A DNA stretch of 64,000 nucleotides. It comes from Marsupella aquatica. Taxonomy: Eukaryota > Plantae > Marchantiophyta. Under the pieces are notes generated by a model. That model was not told the origin of the DNA. It was given only the letters and a program-made list of their open reading frames with translations, and searched no databases. The stretch is from positions 5,346,171 to 5,410,170 of the forward strand of contig OZ316893.1 of NCBI GenBank assembly GCA_973895155.1, written 5' to 3'. Positions 60,001-64,000 of the stretch are shown here, piece by piece. Both the position numbers and the translations under genes were made by a program. Every line of letters starts with the position of its first letter. Position 1 is the first letter of the stretch.

Positions 60001-61772
60001 GAAATAGAAAGAAGTTCATAAAAACCTGTGATGTAAACTGGGGTTGCTGTTAAGTAGCGTGAAGCTTAATACGATGATATCTTGGTCAGGCCCTGCGAGA
60101 AATCACAAGAGCTACAAGGGTGGAAGCTAGCTCGCTACTCGAAAAGGCAGCGAATGCTTCATTGTCCTGTAAATCATTGTTGGAGACAACACGTGTCAGA
60201 AAGCAAGAAAAAGGTGGTGGTAAAGTTTGAATAGGCCCAACATAGATTTTCAATTGCTGCAGCCTGTTCGTTGTGGTCAACCCGATCTCAAGTTTCCATA
60301 CTGTGCTGAAGTAATTTAGTGCTGCCCTTGACACTCTTGTAGGTCTGTTATTGTTCATGTTAACGATTCCCGCTGAGGTTTACTTCTTTTTATTGGGTGA
60401 GTGTTTAACAAGGCTTTGAATTTCTTGAATAGCAGACAAAGAGGTGATAGAGGACTGCAACTTGGAAGAACTAGTGAACGAATTCTCAGACAGGCAAAGA
60501 TGCAGACGTGCAGTCGCTGCAATTGCAACATCTTGTCTCGATGCTTCTGGACCTTTGTTGGCTTCGAAAGATCCACAACCGTGTCTTCTTGCACTTGACA
60601 CAGTGGAGGTACTGTACTTTGCTTTCCGTGCATGAGGTGTTTGGGAAATCAAGTCATGACATTCTAAGAAGCCTACCTTGTTTGAGAAATTGATCATTGC
60701 CGTCTTTTTATCCGCTGCGAGACGATGAAGTGCTTTAAATGTATGAGTTGAAAATTTGTTTTTGGTATCTGGTATTAAACTAGACGTTTGATTACGCAGG
60801 ATGGTATTGCTACCCTTTCCCAGGCTGAACATGCCAGTGTACATGAAAGCAAAGAAAAGGAATACATAGAGCAATTATGCAATTTTGTCGGATGTGCAAG
60901 TGAATCTGTCAGTCTGGCATCTTTCAGTAACAATAATGAGGCTGAACCAAAGAAGCTGCTGCCAAATATGAATCGAGTTTGGCCACACTTGGTGCTGTGC
61001 TTACGGCATGCCCATCCTTCGGTATGTAAAATTCTTAAGATCAAGCATTTGTATTGTTCATAGGGAGCATATACAGCTATAGAGGTGTCTTTCTGGCATG
61101 GCTTGTTTCAATATAGTTAGCCACCTCTCACGGTGAATGTGTGACCAGGTTGTTGTCCGCGCGGTTGCTGTAATTGCAACGACTACTATTGAATGTGGTG
61201 GGGACTTCTTCACACGACGCTTTCAGAAGGATGCAGTACCACAACTAATAACGCTACTACGTGATGGGTCACCCTTAGCCCAGAGGAAGAAGCCGAAGAG
61301 CCCTGCGCTTCTGCTGCCTCTCAGCAAAATGCGTTCACAAGAATCAGCTCCAGCAGCAGTAATCAAAGTTCAAGAAGGAGTTCTTGAAGGTATTAGTAAA
61401 ATTGCGGCAACAAAGAAAAGTGCATCGGCCTTACTCGGCTCATTCGGTTTGGTTGCAGCTTGGGTGGTTTTGATTGCTTGTCATGTGGAGGCACTACAAG
61501 GAGTCGCTACAAATGCTGTATTAGCTCTTTCGAAATTGGATTCAGATCTCATTTGGATTTTGGTGGTAGATATGGTTTATGGATATTCCAACCAGGAGTT
61601 TAATGGAGTCACTCCAACGGAATTTCCTAGCTTCCGCCAAATCTTCCCTCCTTGTCAATCGCCTCGAGAGACTTTGTGCATTAAATATTCAGCATATGAA
61701 GGCGACCTGACCGACTTTAGCAAGAACGCAGCACAAGATTTGCTGAAAAGACTAGAGAGATTTGAGTCGTAA
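54048..61772 (+). CDS. TTI1: TELO2-interacting protein 1 (TTT complex, ARM/HEAT repeats), 17 exons: 54048-54232, 54346-54532, 54813-55142, 55495-55584, 55707-56261, 56420-56527, 56650-56831, 57109-57241, 57656-57977, 58177-58745, 58958-59137, 59286-59444, 59631-59705, 60090-60219, 60433-60608, 60800-61021, 61149-61772
   Basis: Plant TTI1 motifs F..LKPLC.QLL, DYALFPLLLLLDAAV, AMLSPKEAAEEFR.GV, AFFLPGVVS, LVVANVDLVIDSLCRQFRHL, KLLPNMNRVWPHLV and CGGDFFTRRF. GT-AG junctions are in phase. Confidence 0.92.
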
Positions 61773-62667
61773 TAAATTTTAGCTCCCAGATAATGTGGGA
61801 CCATATCGTTCGGCGCCTCACCCATACTAGGCCTAAAGGGTTTGACGTATATATACTGTGAAGTTTACGCGAGGAATGTACATAACTGAAAGAGCAATTC
61901 AAAGATGTTTTCAATTTTCACAAGGAAATTTTGGCAGGAAGTCAGTTTTAGACTTAAAAGATCGAAGGTATTACTTGATGTGGGCGCCATTGCCATGCCT
62001 GGCAGGCTGCATTTGATCGACAATGCCAGGGTTAGTTCTCCAGATTGCAGATACGATATGTTTGGTTTATGTGTATGAGGGGGACTGGATGGTTACATGG
62101 AGGATGGACCTTTCACATTCTTTTTCCTTTTGCAAATCTTTCCGATTCTTTTTCCTCGAAGCTTTACATAATGAGCAGATTGCAGCGCGATTCCGGAGCA
62201 GCTGTCATTCTCCATTCAAACCACGGAAAGAAGGGTGGTTGAAGCAGCGAAGCATGAGGCTCTGAGTCGACATTCCCGGGAAGCAAAAGTAATCTGATTT
62301 CATTGTCTGAAAAGGACTTATACTCTGCACATTCTTGGATGACCAAATTAGGTACATATTTACTTTGCTCGCTGGCCCCAATTCTTACATCTGAATTGCT
62401 ACAAGGTGAACGACGTCACGATGTTCCTATATTAGAGGACACGGCTGGGCTGTGAATATCCAAATTGGTATGGACTGAAAAATCTCGCGGTGATGTTAGT
62501 AACCGGAAATTGAAAAGATTTGATAAACAGTATACAATACTTCCGAGTGCAGAGTTGGGAATCCGCCATGGGCAGTGTTAATAATCTCCGGTCCTCTAAA
62601 GCTTGGTTAAAAGCCTCAAGTCGGAAAAGCTAAACCACAGAAAGCATTCTGTTGAGGACGATCTTGG

Positions 62668-62703
62668 AACTTGTTGGATAACTTGTTGGATAACTTGTTG
62701 GAT
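62668..62703. repeat. 12-bp tandem repeat, three copies (AACTTGTTGGAT)
   Basis: Three exact copies. Confidence 0.9.
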
Positions 62704-63516
62704 CTTCAAGATATCTGTTCTACCTGCCACCAATATATTAAGCAGTATTAGAAAGCAGTGGCCTGGTGGTCTCGAATAATTTTCATTACTGTCCTGATGT
62801 ATTTACTTCGTCTGATTACATCACTCCACCTCTCTTTACACGTCCAACTTAACATGAACATATTAGTCTGGCCTGCTGCAGCTGAATGATTTGAGTCGTA
62901 CTGGGGCAGCATGCTGTGAACAATCTGACTAGGGTCATTTGTTTCCGCTCGTGGCTTACCTGCAGAAGTACTTTACAAGAGATCCCCAGAGTCTAGATGC
63001 CGTACATGACGAAATTGCTCAAATAAGTCTACGAATGTTTCGACACTTTCGTGGGATGCATGATCTTGGTTGCTGATGTCGATGTTGATGTTTGTCTTTG
63101 AGCTGCTTCGTGTGTAGTCCTCGATCTTCGATGCACCCTGCATACTCCACCCGTTCCAAAAAGAGTGAAAGTGAGTCATCAGGACCAAACTGTACGAAGT
63201 AAACTCCTCCCAACCATCCATGGTTCATTCTTGATGATCGAAGGGACCTCAGAAACTTCTCTAATCGCTCAGCAAAGGAAGATCAGTAAAGCGAAGTCCT
63301 CCTCACATAGTGCAAAAACTTGTTAACATAACGAAATGTTCATCATCAACATATTCAAACAGTAACGTAGCAGATTTGATAATTACAGCGATATCACTGC
63401 ACTGCAGCATGAGTATATCGCTCGCACAATTTTGGTGTAGTTGACTCTTCAATCGACTCGTAGTATTATTCGACGATTCTCTCAATTTGAGTTGGGGAAG
63501 AAGGGACATTATTTAC

Positions 63517-64000
63517 CATGTTGCAGGCCTGGAGGGTAGTGAGTGTCTGGCAGTTTACGTACCATGCCGATGTCATTCTGTAGGTGCATCCTCGGTCCGT
63601 CATCTGCATCCGGACTGAGCCTCGTATCGGATATGACCGATGGATTGCTTCGGCCATCGTACCGGCAAGTTTCTTCCAACAACCGAGCCATCACAGCATG
63701 GCTTGAGAGCAGGCTGTTTGCTGTTACAGGGAATTCTTGATTATTGTGTGATGGTGCGGAAGAGCAAACTGCAGCAGCAGCAGGAGCAGATATAGTTGAC
63801 CCAGGTTGCCAAATCTGTGCTGGGAAATCTAAACGCTGTTGTTGGCTGGAGCTGCTGATGCTTTTCTGGGCACTAGCCGGCAAACTGTGCTCGACAGTTG
63901 AAACCAGAGGCTCATCTCTCGAGCTGGAGCGGGCGAAGTCGTCTGTAACTGCTGATTCCAGGTACGCTCCTACACTTGATAAAGAACTGGACTTTCTGTA
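63517..64000 (-). CDS. Probable exon of an unidentified gene entering from the right edge (Ser/Gln/Ala-rich)
   Basis: Frame is open from 64000 to a GTAAAT donor at 63516 (YRKSSSLSS...SSSSQQQ...PPGLQH). No recognisable domain. Confidence 0.45.

Noticed and set aside
62960-63300. Possible further exon of the right-edge gene
   Set aside because: Two competing short frames, with no motif and no clear in-phase acceptor.

Overview
Eukaryotic nuclear DNA from a land plant, most likely a non-seed plant (bryophyte-like). This is an inference from the GT-AG intron genes, PDV2, PLS-type PPR relics and a PIH1-domain gene. From left to right: the 5' part of NAD(P)HX dehydratase (-, runs off the left edge); PDV2 (-); an intronless NIPA/C3HC zinc-finger gene (-); a PDF1-like secreted protein (-); PPR and TPR relics; a 2-oxoglutarate dioxygenase with a +1 frameshift (-); a ~11 kb island of decayed transposons (Harbinger, CACTA-like, solo LTR); a single-repeat DUF1475 membrane protein (+); a PIH1+CS-domain gene (-) head-to-head with a 17-exon TTI1 (+); and an unidentified exon at the right edge. 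Two solo LTRs have exact 5-bp target-site duplications. No tRNA, rRNA or CRISPR array was found. The most notable observation is the divergent PIH1/TTI1 pair, potentially two parts of the R2TP-TTT chaperone pathway, with apparent in-frame stops in the PIH1 5' exons. I do not see firm evidence of a wholly new system. Exon boundaries were read by eye, and family calls are from recalled motifs, not database searches.
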